From Minisyncoccota bacterium (GTDB taxonomy: Bacteria; Patescibacteriota; Minisyncoccia; Phycocordibacterales; PALSA-1337): a stretch of 64,000 nucleotides of DNA. The notes beneath the pieces are model-generated. The model was not told where the DNA came from, made no database searches, and saw only the letters and a program-made list of their open reading frames with translations. The stretch lies in contig JAQTPC010000004.1 of NCBI GenBank assembly GCA_028713005.1, positions 2,745 through 66,744 on the forward strand. The letters are read 5' to 3'. The stretch's first letter is position 1; each line of letters starts with the position of its first letter. Of this stretch, positions 17,647-27,259 are shown one piece after another. The translations under genes were made by a program, and so were the position numbers.

Positions 17647-18150
17647 ATGAAAGCACGTATAAATCACCAAATAAAAGCGCCAGAACTGCGCGTTATCACA
17701 GCCGAAGGTGAAAACCTGGGTGTAATATCGACAGACAAGGCATTGGCAGAGGCCAAGGCTCGCGGATTTGATCTCATCGAGATCTCTCCGAACGCTGTAC
17801 CTCCTGTTGCCAAGATTATGGATTATGGCAAGTATCAGTACGATGAAAAAAAGAAAGAGAAGGTCGCCAAGGCTCGTACCCAGATTAGTGAACTCAAAAG
17901 TGTTCAGGTCAAGATAGGTACTGGCGAACATGACCTCGAACTCAAGGCAAAGAAGGCTTCTGAGTGGCTCGCCGAAGGAAACCGTGTCAAAGTTGACCTC
18001 TACCTCGTCGGACGATCAAAGTTCATGGATCTCAACTTCCTCAAGGAACGCCTCGAACGCATCTTGAAACTCATCACTGTCGAATACAAGATTGCCCAGG
18101 AGCCAGTCAAAGGACCAAAAGGTCTCACTGTCTATCTTGAAAAGAAATAA
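17647..18150 (+). CDS. infC: Translation initiation factor IF-3
   Basis: INHQIKAPELRVI, PPVAKIMDYGK. Confidence 0.96.
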   Translation: MKARINHQIKAPELRVITAEGENLGVISTDKALAEAKARGFDLIEISPNAVPPVAKIMDYGKYQYDEKKKEKVAKARTQISELKSVQVKIGTGEHDLELKAKKASEWLAEGNRVKVDLYLVGRSKFMDLNFLKERLERILKLITVEYKIAQEPVKGPKGLTVYLEKK

Positions 18151-18177
18151 TCACTTTTAATTTTAACTTTTAATACC

Positions 18178-18375
18178 ATGTCTACAACAAAAACAAATAA
18201 ATCATACTTGAAGCGCATCAAGGTTACCAAGAACGGTAAACTTATCGCTCGCAAGCCTGGACAAAACCACTACAATGCAAAGGAGCGCAGTGGAACGAGC
18301 ACAAGCAAGCGCCGCACACAGGTCATCATGATGGATAACAAAGCTCGCAGTCGTTTCCTTTCAACCAGTTTCTAA
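18178..18375 (+). CDS. rpmI: 50S ribosomal protein bL35
   Basis: KTNKSYLKRIKVTKNGK; between infC and rplT. Confidence 0.92.
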   Translation: MSTTKTNKSYLKRIKVTKNGKLIARKPGQNHYNAKERSGTSTSKRRTQVIMMDNKARSRFLSTSF

Positions 18376-18419
18376 GCTTCCCTATTTATTCCCTTTATTT
18401 AATTACTTAATCTACTACT

Positions 18420-18770
18420 ATGGTACGTGTCAAAAAAGGTGTCAATGCATTAAAGAATCGCCGCAATATCCTCAAGCAGACAAAGGGTTTCCGTTTCCGC
18501 CGTTCAACAAATGAAAAGGCAGCTATCGAAGCTCTCCAGCACGCTGGTGCCTATGCCTTCGCTCACCGTCGTGACAAGAAGGGCGACATGCGCCGTCTCT
18601 GGAACGTCAAGATCAACGCTGGCCTCCGTGCTATCGATGCAAAGCTCTCATACAGCAAGTGGATGGGTGCAGCAAAGAAGGCTGGTATTCTCCTCGACCG
18701 CAAGGCTCTCGCTCACCTCGCTGAGTTCAAGCCAGAAACATTTAAGAGGGTTGTAACAAGTATAAAATAA
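18420..18770 (+). CDS. rplT: 50S ribosomal protein bL20
   Basis: MVRVKKG, RRLWNVKINA, LDRKALAHLA. Confidence 0.96.
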   Translation: MVRVKKGVNALKNRRNILKQTKGFRFRRSTNEKAAIEALQHAGAYAFAHRRDKKGDMRRLWNVKINAGLRAIDAKLSYSKWMGAAKKAGILLDRKALAHLAEFKPETFKRVVTSIK

Positions 18771-18782
18771 TACTCAAATTAT

Positions 18783-18840
18783 CCAATTACCAATGATGCA
18801 ATGATCAATAAAGGTCATTGCATCAATGATAATTGATCAT
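18783..18840. repeat. Degenerate CAATGA/CAATTA heptamer array with partial inverted copy
   Basis: ccaatta ccaatga tgcaatga tcaat ... tcattgcatc. Confidence 0.55.
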
Positions 18841-20213
18841 TAAACTGTATATTCTTTCATCCTCTCCGGCACTATTGCCTTCACATTGAGCTCGTCATTC
18901 AGACGCTGTGCGAGATGCATAGACGCTCCAGGTTCACCCATGACGACAAAAACTTCCTTGAGCTTATTTGTTCCCGTAGAAACAAACTCCACCAGATGAT
19001 CACCATCCTTATGAGCCGAGTAACCATACAGAGTTTCGATATGAGCCTTAACCTCGATCTTCTGACCGTGAATAGTGACCTTCTTTCCCCCATCAGCGAG
19101 CTCACGGCCGAGTGAACCTGACGCTTGATAGCCGACGAGAAGGATCGTACTCTTTGGATCAGTGAGAAAATGCTGTTCATGCCCGATGACACGTCCGCCA
19201 ACTGACATACCTGAACCTGCGAGGATGATTTTTGCACCATTCAAATGATCGATACCCTGAGACTCACGCTGTGACTCGACAAAAGTGAGATGCGGAAATG
19301 AAAAGACATCATCACCACCATTGATCTGCTTTTGAGCAGCTTCATTGAAAAACTCCGTACTTGCACGATATATAGCAGTAGCCTTCTCCCCCATCGGTGA
19401 GTCGAGAAATACGGGTACAGATGGAATCTTCTTATCTTTAACCAGATTATTTAATTCATACAAAAGTACCTGCGTACGATCTATAGAGAATGCGGGGATG
19501 ACGAGTGTACCACCACGTGCAAGAGTCTCAGTGATGACATGAGTGAATTCTTCCAAACGATTTTCACGAGTGTTGTGATTGCGATCGCCATAGACACTTT
19601 CCATGATGAGATAATCAACATCACCAACTGGCTCTGTATCACGGAGGAGCGGTGCTGGTGAATTGCCCAAATCACCAGTAAAAAGTATTTTCTTACCCTG
19701 ACCATTAGAATCTTTCACACTGAACTCAAACATGCTTGACCCAAGAATATGTCCTGCATCTTTGAGGAACACTGAAACACCTGGCGTCAGTTCAAACTTT
19801 TCATGATAGGCGATATTTTTCCAAAGTGGAAAGACCTGAGCAACATCATCGACGGTATAGAGTGGCTCAAGACCATTCTGTTCCGCTTCCATTGTGAGAA
19901 TATTGACCGCATCATTTAAAACAAGCAGAGCAAGCTCTTGCGTTTCAGGTGTTGAATAAATCACGCCCTTAAAGCCTTCTTTAACGAGCTTTGGGATACG
20001 TCCGACGTGATCGAGATGGGCATGCGTGATCATGAGAATATCGATCGATGAAGCCTCATAGCCAAATGGCTCGTAGTTCTGTTGTTGAGCCACTCTCTCT
20101 CCTTGGACCATACCACAATCAACGAGGATTCTTTTACCTCCAGCTTCAAAAAGAAAGTTTGCACCCGTTACTGTTCCTACGCCTGTGCAGAATGTGATTT
20201 TGTTTGGATTCAT
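18840..20213 (-). CDS. MBL-fold beta-CASP RNA-processing nuclease
   Basis: THAHLDHVG, DAGHILGS, MESVYG, YSAHKD. Confidence 0.92.
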   Translation of the reverse strand: MNPNKITFCTGVGTVTGANFLFEAGGKRILVDCGMVQGERVAQQQNYEPFGYEASSIDILMITHAHLDHVGRIPKLVKEGFKGVIYSTPETQELALLVLNDAVNILTMEAEQNGLEPLYTVDDVAQVFPLWKNIAYHEKFELTPGVSVFLKDAGHILGSSMFEFSVKDSNGQGKKILFTGDLGNSPAPLLRDTEPVGDVDYLIMESVYGDRNHNTRENRLEEFTHVITETLARGGTLVIPAFSIDRTQVLLYELNNLVKDKKIPSVPVFLDSPMGEKATAIYRASTEFFNEAAQKQINGGDDVFSFPHLTFVESQRESQGIDHLNGAKIILAGSGMSVGGRVIGHEQHFLTDPKSTILLVGYQASGSLGRELADGGKKVTIHGQKIEVKAHIETLYGYSAHKDGDHLVEFVSTGTNKLKEVFVVMGEPGASMHLAQRLNDELNVKAIVPERMKEYTV

Positions 20214-20222
20214 ATAAACATT

Positions 20223-20269
20223 GTAAACGGTAAACAGTAATCGGTCTACCTGCGCAGACAGGTAAACAG
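20223..20269. repeat. GTAAWCR heptamer array with a small CCTG..CAGG hairpin insert
   Basis: gtaaacg gtaaaca gtaatcg gt-ctacctgcgcagacag-gtaaaca. Confidence 0.65.
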
Positions 20270-20277
20270 AGCCATAA

Positions 20278-20319
20278 AGTAAAATACCTTCCCATCAGCA
20301 GATGAAAAGATATTTTACT
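20278..20319 (-). terminator. Terminator of the 6S-like RNA
   Basis: Minus strand AGTAAAATATCTTTTCATC-tgct-GATGGGAAGGTATTTTACT-TTAT. Confidence 0.7.
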
Positions 20320-20320
20320 A

Positions 20321-20453
20321 AGGATTGCGAGAGTCAGACCTAGATATTCTAGGTGGGAGGTCTATCGCTGACATGCCTAAGCATAAGCGAATGCTAGCTT
20401 CAAGAGCCAATCGACTACCCGTTGAAAAGTTTAGGGTTTAACTCTCGCAACCT
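20321..20453 (-). ncRNA. Stand-alone structured RNA with 6S RNA-like architecture
   Basis: Closing stem GGTTGCGAGAGTTA/TGACTCTCGCAATC, central bubble with 3' hairpin CCTAGA-ATA-TCTAGG, bulged terminal stem; TTGCAT-16-TACAAT promoter 6 nt upstream. Confidence 0.65.
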
Positions 20454-20572
20454 GAATTCATTGTATTCTTCTCACAGAGTAATGCAAGTGTGAATATTAT
20501 GTTACACCATTTACTTTGACAAAAAACAAAATAGATACTGCACTCGAGCTTTATTTACCTCGCTAAAATAAT

Positions 20573-21202
20573 TTACTCAAAAATACCGTCCATATGTGCA
20601 CTATACAAAACCTTTTCTTGTATAAGAATATAATCAATCAATTCGTCTTTTGAGAACCAGAGATCAATCTCTGAACGAGCTTCATCAACTGAACCAGATG
20701 AGTGGACGAGGTTACGGATCGAACGGTCCTCTGCATCAGAAAATTCATATGAATCAAGGACGAAATCGCCACGAATCGTACCGACATCTGAACTGAGTGG
20801 TTCAGTGCTACCTGTAATCTTGCGGACGATAGCAACTGCATGCAAACCCTGCCAAACCATAGCAATAACTGGCCCGGAAGTCATATATTTTGAGAGACGG
20901 TGAAGGATATGCTCACCCATTTTCACCGGATCATGAAATTTGATATTGAGCTTATGCGCTGTAGCATGAGCAATAAATTTTGCACCGGTTTTACTGACCC
21001 ACTCTGGATCGTTCATATAGTGCTTTTCTACAAGTTCTTTTGTCGGACGTACAAACTTGAGACCGACAAGCTTGAGACCGAGTCGCTCATAACGCTGGAC
21101 AACCTCTCCAATGAGCGTTCGCTGGATAGCATCTGGTTTTATAAGAACAAGAGTACGCTCGCGCTTGGGATGCATGTGATCGATTTTTGTATGTGTAGTC
21201 AT
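20573..21202 (-). CDS. ndk: Nucleoside diphosphate kinase
   Basis: ERTLVLIKPDA, GTIRGDF, RNLVHSS. Confidence 0.95.
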   Translation of the reverse strand: MTTHTKIDHMHPKRERTLVLIKPDAIQRTLIGEVVQRYERLGLKLVGLKFVRPTKELVEKHYMNDPEWVSKTGAKFIAHATAHKLNIKFHDPVKMGEHILHRLSKYMTSGPVIAMVWQGLHAVAIVRKITGSTEPLSSDVGTIRGDFVLDSYEFSDAEDRSIRNLVHSSGSVDEARSEIDLWFSKDELIDYILIQEKVLYSAHMDGIFE

Positions 21203-21224
21203 GAAGACATTGTAACGCACTCCC

Positions 21225-21992
21225 TTAGGCCGTCAAAATCTCAGCATCTCCTTTTGTGATAAGCACGGTATGTTCAAAATGTGCGCTCGGACTGCCGTCA
21301 ACAGTTTTGTATGTATATCCGTCGAGATCAAGCTCAACATGTCTGTCACCGAGGTTGAAGATAGGTTCGATAGCGATGACCATGCCCGGTTTCAAAAGCG
21401 GACCTTTACCCTCTTCACCATAGTTGGGTATGAAAGGATCTTCGTGCACATGATACCCGACGCCATGACCAGCGAGCTCTTCGACGATGCCGAACTTCGC
21501 AGAAATACCAATGCGCTCGATAGCACTACTGATATCACCCACTTTCTTTCCCCCTTTGGCAGCCTTTATACCGGCCAAGAGCGCTTCTTTTGTCTTTGAG
21601 AGGAGTAATGTTCGTTCAGGAGTGACATTACCCACGGCAACCGTCACCGCAGCATCAGTGATGAGTCCTTTGTGAACCAGTCCGAGGTCGAGGGTGACGA
21701 TATCACCTTCCATGAGCACCTTATCATCTTCATTTGGAATACCGTGAACCACTTCATCATTTATCGAGAGACAGAGCGCCGCAGGAAATGGCCGATCAGC
21801 ACCAACGGGAGTGTAATTCAAAAAAGCCGCAGTATCACCACCCTCAGCGATCAATTCTCTCGTATAGTTTTCAAGATCGCGCGCATGCACGCCAGGTTTA
21901 ACCATGCTGGCCAGTTGACGCAAAATAGCCCCATGGCGGCGTCCACCTTCACGGAGAATAGCTATATCTTCCTTGGTCTTTATCTTGATCAT
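21225..21992 (-). CDS. map: Methionine aminopeptidase type I
   Basis: SINDEVVHGIP, GHGVG..HEDP, AIEP, SAHFEHT. Confidence 0.96.
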   Translation of the reverse strand: MIKIKTKEDIAILREGGRRHGAILRQLASMVKPGVHARDLENYTRELIAEGGDTAAFLNYTPVGADRPFPAALCLSINDEVVHGIPNEDDKVLMEGDIVTLDLGLVHKGLITDAAVTVAVGNVTPERTLLLSKTKEALLAGIKAAKGGKKVGDISSAIERIGISAKFGIVEELAGHGVGYHVHEDPFIPNYGEEGKGPLLKPGMVIAIEPIFNLGDRHVELDLDGYTYKTVDGSPSAHFEHTVLITKGDAEILTA

Positions 21993-22031
21993 AGGAGCAG
22001 TCTACAAGGAAAAGCAGGCTACGGCAAATGA

Positions 22032-22625
22032 TTATTTGAGACCAAGTCTGTTCACGATGTCAGCGTGGATATCCTCGATTTTACCGATACCATTTATATC
22101 GAGGAAATCATATCTCTTGTTATTTCTAAAGAAATCGATCGACGGCTTCATGTCCTGCTCAAAACCGCTGAGGCGATTTTTGATGCCCTCATGTGTATCA
22201 TCTGCACGACCACGAGCAAGGAGACGATTGGTTGCTTCTTCATCATGGATATCGAGATATACGACCCAACACTTAGTGATGCCGTAAAAATCAAAAACAG
22301 AGTCGAGAGCGATAGCTTCAGGGAGTCTACGTGATGTGCCATCGAGGACCATAGACATACCTTTTTCATATGTATCAATGAAAACTTTTGACCAATTATA
22401 TATAGCGAGGAACGAGGGCTGGAATCCACCAGATGCCTGGATCTTATGAGCAAGCTGTTGAGTAAATGACGGTCCCTCAATGAATTTACGGAGCTCCTTG
22501 CCAGTTTCAACAGTAAAGATTTTGTGCGTTGGATCTTTTTGCTTGAGCACTTCTAACAGAAGAGATACTTGTGTACCCTTTCCGCTCCCTGATCTGCCAA
22601 CGAAGATAAATGCTTGTGGTTCCAT
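22032..22625 (-). CDS. adk: Adenylate kinase family (short type)
   Basis: GRSGSGKGTQ, LLARGRADD; located beside secY/map. Confidence 0.85.
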   Translation of the reverse strand: MEPQAFIFVGRSGSGKGTQVSLLLEVLKQKDPTHKIFTVETGKELRKFIEGPSFTQQLAHKIQASGGFQPSFLAIYNWSKVFIDTYEKGMSMVLDGTSRRLPEAIALDSVFDFYGITKCWVVYLDIHDEEATNRLLARGRADDTHEGIKNRLSGFEQDMKPSIDFFRNNKRYDFLDINGIGKIEDIHADIVNRLGLK

Positions 22626-22731
22626 ATGTATTAAATTAATTAGCCACAGTATAGCAGATGAGCTTCATTTACCTAAATCATACTCATTGACTGAAAAACT
22701 ACCCGTAGTGTATGCTTACGGTACAACAAAA

Positions 22732-22830
22732 TAGTTATTCAGAGTGTGGCGAGAGAACTAGCTCAATGACCCACCAGCAACTCTTCGAAAGAAGTAAGTG
22801 CTCAATCTAGCCCGAAAGGGAAAGATGCTA
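22732..22830 (+). promoter_or_regulatory. SAM-I riboswitch aptamer
   Basis: TTATTCAGAG-TGTGGCGAGAGAACTAGCTCAATGACCCACCAGCAAC..GTGCT..AATCTAG..GAAAGATG matches the S-box pattern; upstream of a transsulfuration gene. Confidence 0.85.
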
Positions 22831-22862
22831 TATCTCGTATTAAAACGATATAAGAATAGTAT

Positions 22863-22892
22863 ACGCTTTCCATTCGGAAGGCGTTTTGTTTT
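22863..22892 (+). terminator. Riboswitch expression-platform terminator
   Basis: ACGCTTTCC-attc-GGAAGGCGT-TTTGTTTT. Confidence 0.75.
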
Positions 22893-22931
22893 ATGGTTCG
22901 AAGCCATATTTATTATGTAACATATATAACT

Positions 22932-24134
22932 ATGTCTACAAAAACAAAAGACTCTTTTGAAAACAAGAGTCGGTTCGGGTTCGGAACATTAGCAATCCAT
23001 GCTGGCGAAACACCAGATGCAGAAACAGGTGCAGTTGCTCCAGTTATCGTCAGATCGAAAACCTTTGCCCAAAAACGTTTTGGCAAGGAGAGCGAATATC
23101 AGTATTCACGTGGTAAAAATCCCACGCGCGACAAGCTCATAGAGAAATTAGAAGCGCTCGAAGGTGGTGGTACCGCAACTGTATTCGGTTCAGGATTGGC
23201 AGCTGAGGCGGCATTCTTTCTCACTCTCTCCCCTGGTGATCATGTCCTTCTTTGTCAGGAGGTATATGGAGGAACATTTAGATTACTCGATGGCTTTCTT
23301 TCCCGTTTTGGTATTACTTACGATTTCGCTGATTTTTCTGCAGAAGAATCTATTTGGAAGGGCATAAAGCCAAATACCAAGTACCTCTTCGTAGAAACGC
23401 CGACCAATCCCTCTCTCCATATCATCGACCTTGCGCTTGTTGCGAAAGTATCAAAGAAAGCCTGTATACCGTTCGTTGTTGATGCCACATTCTCTCCTCC
23501 GTGCACCACCAAAGCATTTGAGTACGGCGCTGAGACCGTCATCCATAGTCTGAGCAAATATATCGCTGGACATAATGACATACTCGGCGGTGCTGTTATA
23601 ACGAAAAATACGAAATTAGCTGAGCGCATAAATTTTCTTCATCGAACGCTCGGAGCAGTTCTCTCTCCTGATGAGTGCTATCGGGTACTCCAAGGAGTGA
23701 AGACACTTGAGCTTCGTTGGAAGAGAGTAAGTGAAACGGCATTGACTGTCGCCCAATTCCTCAAAAAACAGAAAGTGATCACAAAGGTTTTTTATCCCGG
23801 CCTACTTTCACATGCTCAACATTCAATAGCTAAAAAACAACATCAAAATGGCTTCGGTGGCGTAGTTTCTTTTGAGCTACGCGAGCATAGTTTCAAAAAA
23901 CTAAAGAAATTTGTCGACACAGTTCGCGCCCATAGCCCTATCATCTATGGCGAAAGCCTCGCTAGTCCAGAAACAATCCTCGCATATCCTCCACTCATGA
24001 GCCATAAGAGTCTACCGAAAAATGTACGCGAATCACTTGGCATCACTGATGGATTCTTTCGGCTATCGGTTGGCTTTGAGGATGTAAAAGATATCTTGGA
24101 GGGATTGAGGAAAGGGCTTGCTGTACTTAATTAA
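22932..24134 (+). CDS. PLP-dependent cystathionine gamma-lyase/synthase (MetB/MetC family)
   Basis: YSRGKNPT, ETPTNP, VVDATF, SLSKYIAGHND, RLSVGFED. Confidence 0.92.
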   Translation: MSTKTKDSFENKSRFGFGTLAIHAGETPDAETGAVAPVIVRSKTFAQKRFGKESEYQYSRGKNPTRDKLIEKLEALEGGGTATVFGSGLAAEAAFFLTLSPGDHVLLCQEVYGGTFRLLDGFLSRFGITYDFADFSAEESIWKGIKPNTKYLFVETPTNPSLHIIDLALVAKVSKKACIPFVVDATFSPPCTTKAFEYGAETVIHSLSKYIAGHNDILGGAVITKNTKLAERINFLHRTLGAVLSPDECYRVLQGVKTLELRWKRVSETALTVAQFLKKQKVITKVFYPGLLSHAQHSIAKKQHQNGFGGVVSFELREHSFKKLKKFVDTVRAHSPIIYGESLASPETILAYPPLMSHKSLPKNVRESLGITDGFFRLSVGFEDVKDILEGLRKGLAVLN

Positions 24135-24170
24135 TATATTAAATAACACAACTAATATTAAACGTGACGC

Positions 24171-24230
24171 AAAAATCTCAAGGCTAAACCTTGAGATTTT
24201 CTGTTTACTATTTTCTGATTACTGTTTACT
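24171..24230. terminator. Terminator with AGGCTAAACCT core, followed by an inverted GTAAWCA heptamer array
   Basis: AAAATCTCAAGG-ctaaa-CCTTGAGATTTT then ctgtttactattttctgattactgtttact. Confidence 0.7.
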
Positions 24231-24232
24231 TC

Positions 24233-25504
24233 CTAGTACTCCCTCATACTTACCTGAGCATCGATCTTCTTGAGCAAATCAAGAACCACAGACACAACGA
24301 TCAAGAGAGATGTACCACCGATAGCGAGTGTCTGAACACCCGTGAGATGCTGCATCGTGAGTGGCAAGATAGCAACAACACCAAGGAAGACTGCACCGAC
24401 GAGAGTGATGCGAGTAACAATAGCTGCGAGATAGTCACGTGTATGGTCGCCAGGACGAACACCTGGGATGAATGCTCCACCCTGTTGGAGGTTCTGCGAG
24501 ATCATCGTTGGATCAAACGTAACTGCAGTATAGAAGTAGGTGAAGAGAACAACGAGGATAAAGTAGAAACTACCATAGACCCATGCATTGTTGAAGAATG
24601 TTGCAAATGATGAGGCATATGCTGCTACAACCGCATTTGAAGCGTGTGAGAGGAAGTTAGCGATAATCTGAGGAAACAAAAGGATAGAAAGGGCGAAGAT
24701 GATTGGGATAACACCTGCTTGGTTCAAGCGGAGTGGAAGATATGTTGAAACACCACCGTATACCTTATTGCCACGAACTTGCTTTGCATACGTAACTGGA
24801 ACTGAGCGTTCAGCCTCTGTAACAAAAACAACACCAGCGATAACGATAATAGCCACCGCAAGAACTGCAAGGTATACCGTGATCTGACTTGCATCGAATG
24901 TTGAAAGGAACTGGATTGTGCTCTTTGGCAAACTTGCAACGATACCTGCAAAAATAACAAGTGAAACGCCATTACCGATGCCGAACTCTGAGACGAGCTC
25001 ACCGATCCACATAAGGAGAATTGAACCAGCTGCAACCACAAGAACATTGATAGTAAGTTCAATACCTGTCACATGTGCGATGACATTTTGGTTTTCAAGA
25101 AGGATAATAAAACCGATAGCTTGGACGATAGCAAGTGGCACCGAAAGGAGACGTGAGTAGTTCGAGAGCTTCATGCGGCCAGCTTGTCCCTCTTCATGCA
25201 TGAGAGCCTTCCACTTTGGGAACATCATTGTGAGGAGTTGGATGATGATAGATGCAGTGATGAATGGTCCTACACCGAGCATAACAATAGAAAGGTTTGA
25301 AAGACCCCCACCTGAAAAGATGTTAAGAAAGCCAAAGAATTGACTTGATGAAAGAAGATTTGAAAGGTTAGCTACATCAACACCAGGAATTGGAATTGCA
25401 GCCAATAGACGAAATACGATAAGCGCACCAATAGTGAAGCCGATTCTCTTACGGAGAATTGGATCCTTGAGAGCTGTTGTGAATTTTTGCCAGAAGTTTT
25501 GCAT
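24233..25504 (-). CDS. secY: Preprotein translocase subunit SecY
   Basis: LGVGPFITASII, GIGNGVSL, AGVIPIIFA, FIPGVRPG. Confidence 0.98.
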   Translation of the reverse strand: MQNFWQKFTTALKDPILRKRIGFTIGALIVFRLLAAIPIPGVDVANLSNLLSSSQFFGFLNIFSGGGLSNLSIVMLGVGPFITASIIIQLLTMMFPKWKALMHEEGQAGRMKLSNYSRLLSVPLAIVQAIGFIILLENQNVIAHVTGIELTINVLVVAAGSILLMWIGELVSEFGIGNGVSLVIFAGIVASLPKSTIQFLSTFDASQITVYLAVLAVAIIVIAGVVFVTEAERSVPVTYAKQVRGNKVYGGVSTYLPLRLNQAGVIPIIFALSILLFPQIIANFLSHASNAVVAAYASSFATFFNNAWVYGSFYFILVVLFTYFYTAVTFDPTMISQNLQQGGAFIPGVRPGDHTRDYLAAIVTRITLVGAVFLGVVAILPLTMQHLTGVQTLAIGGTSLLIVVSVVLDLLKKIDAQVSMREY

Positions 25505-25554
25505 GATATTTCGATTACTTACTTCTTAATGGTAACTCAACTAGTATATCCTAC

Positions 25555-26175
25555 TTATTCAGCCTTTGCTTTCTTTACTGGAGCTTTCTTTTCTTTTGCT
25601 GGAGATTTTTCTGTTTTTCCTTCTTCCTTCTTTGCTTTCTCCTTTTTGACAGCCTTCTTTGGCTCTACGACAACCTTTGGTGTACCTACAATACCAGCTG
25701 CACCGGTATTTTTTACAACAACCTTTGGTGTGATAGCAGTGACAGTGCCACCTGCCTTTTCTATCTTTTCTTTTGCACTTGCTGAAAATGCACAACCTGA
25801 AACTTTTACTGCTTTTGTGATCTCACCGTCACCGAGGATCTTGATAGGAGGGATATTTCCTGAGAATGTAGCAACTGCACCTTTTTCGACGAGAGTTGTA
25901 GGAGTGACCATGTCACCTGCATTGAAAATAGTCTCAATCAAGCTGACATTGATAGCCTTGAATGCTTCTTCGACAGCTTTGTGTGAATTGACACCACGAC
26001 CACGCAACTTTGGGAGACGCTTGATAATGTCACGCCATTCTGGACGGCGCTTGTTACCTGCACGAGCAGACTGACCCTTGCCACCACGGCCAGATGTCTT
26101 TCCACGCTTGCCACCACGGGCAACCGTCATGCGCTTCTTGTTCTTGTGGACTCGTTTAAGTTGATGGAATTGCAT
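25555..26175 (-). CDS. rplO: 50S ribosomal protein uL15 with Lys-rich C-terminal tail
   Basis: GKTSGRGGKGQSAR, RLPKLRG, KILGDG. Confidence 0.95.
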   Translation of the reverse strand: MQFHQLKRVHKNKKRMTVARGGKRGKTSGRGGKGQSARAGNKRRPEWRDIIKRLPKLRGRGVNSHKAVEEAFKAINVSLIETIFNAGDMVTPTTLVEKGAVATFSGNIPPIKILGDGEITKAVKVSGCAFSASAKEKIEKAGGTVTAITPKVVVKNTGAAGIVGTPKVVVEPKKAVKKEKAKKEEGKTEKSPAKEKKAPVKKAKAE

Positions 26176-26186
26176 AGTATTAAAAA

Positions 26187-26876
26187 TTATTTAGCAGCTA
26201 CCTTTGGTGCCTTGTTCTGGAGTGTACGGCGGTTGATCCTACTCAAGTTATCGAGAGCAAGGATGATAGCGCGAGCAATGTTCACCTTGTTCTTTGAACC
26301 AGACATGATCTTTGCACAGACATCTTTGATACCTGCGAGCTCGATAACAGTACGTGCTGAACTACCTGCAACGATACCACTACCACGAGCTGGGAATACC
26401 ATGATGCGAGCACTGCCAAACTTTGCTGAAGTAGCATGAGGGATAGTCATCTGCGCTGAAAGTGGAACTTTGACGAGATGCTTCTTTGCTTCGCGTGTGG
26501 CCTTTTCGATAGCGAGTGACGTGTCACCTGCTTTGCCGAGACCAACACCGACGCGGCCCTTGCGATCACCCGCAACGACAGCCACACTGAAACTATAACG
26601 ACGTCCACCTGATGAGACACGAGTAACACGGCGAATATCAATCATCTTTGCATCAAACTCTGGCTTAACACGCTCACGAGGCTCACTACCACGTCCTCCG
26701 GTACGTCCACCACGACCGCGAGTATCACTACTACTGCGAGCACCTGGTGTGCTTGCACGAGCAGAATCACGCATCTTGCGCCCTGGGGTGACTTTATTTG
26801 CAGCAGCAGGAACAGCTGTTGCTGAAACAACTGGTACTGGAGCTTGTGTATTAACCTGTGTGTCTTTGTCTTGCAT
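26187..26876 (-). CDS. rpsE: 30S ribosomal protein uS5 with N-terminal extension
   Basis: RRVTRVSSGGRRYSF, GRVGVGLGK, LAGIKDV. Confidence 0.96.
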   Translation of the reverse strand: MQDKDTQVNTQAPVPVVSATAVPAAANKVTPGRKMRDSARASTPGARSSSDTRGRGGRTGGRGSEPRERVKPEFDAKMIDIRRVTRVSSGGRRYSFSVAVVAGDRKGRVGVGLGKAGDTSLAIEKATREAKKHLVKVPLSAQMTIPHATSAKFGSARIMVFPARGSGIVAGSSARTVIELAGIKDVCAKIMSGSKNKVNIARAIILALDNLSRINRRTLQNKAPKVAAK

Positions 26877-26890
26877 AGTAGTTATTAAAA

Positions 26891-27244
26891 TTAGAATTGA
26901 AGTCCTCCTTCACGAGCACCCTCAGCCACGATCTTGATCTTTCCGGCATAGAGGTAGCCTCCGCGATCAAAGACGACCTGAGTGATCTTTGCTGCAAGAG
27001 CTTTCTTTGCGATACCTGTACCGACTTCCTTTGCGCGATCTGCTGGACTCTTTGCCTTTACGTCCTTTGATGAAAAAGCGGCGAGAGTGTTGCCTTTTGT
27101 ATCATCGATGATCTGAGCGTAGATATAACGATGAGATTTGAAAACAGAGAGACGTGGGCGCTCTGATGTACCACTGATCTTGGCACGAGTACGCGCATGA
27201 CGGCGAGCAAATTTCTTGTTTTGAGTTTTGATAATTGATTTCAT
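26891..27244 (-). CDS. rplR: 50S ribosomal protein uL18
   Basis: [19 protein letters not shown]. Confidence 0.97.
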   Translation of the reverse strand: MKSIIKTQNKKFARRHARTRAKISGTSERPRLSVFKSHRYIYAQIIDDTKGNTLAAFSSKDVKAKSPADRAKEVGTGIAKKALAAKITQVVFDRGGYLYAGKIKIVAEGAREGGLQF

Positions 27245-27259
27245 ATAAGTAAATTATGT

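Noticed and set aside
20321-20453. Known riboswitch (TPP, FMN, SAM, M-box) or SRP RNA
   Set aside because: Their diagnostic sequence motifs are absent, and the downstream gene has its own -10 box
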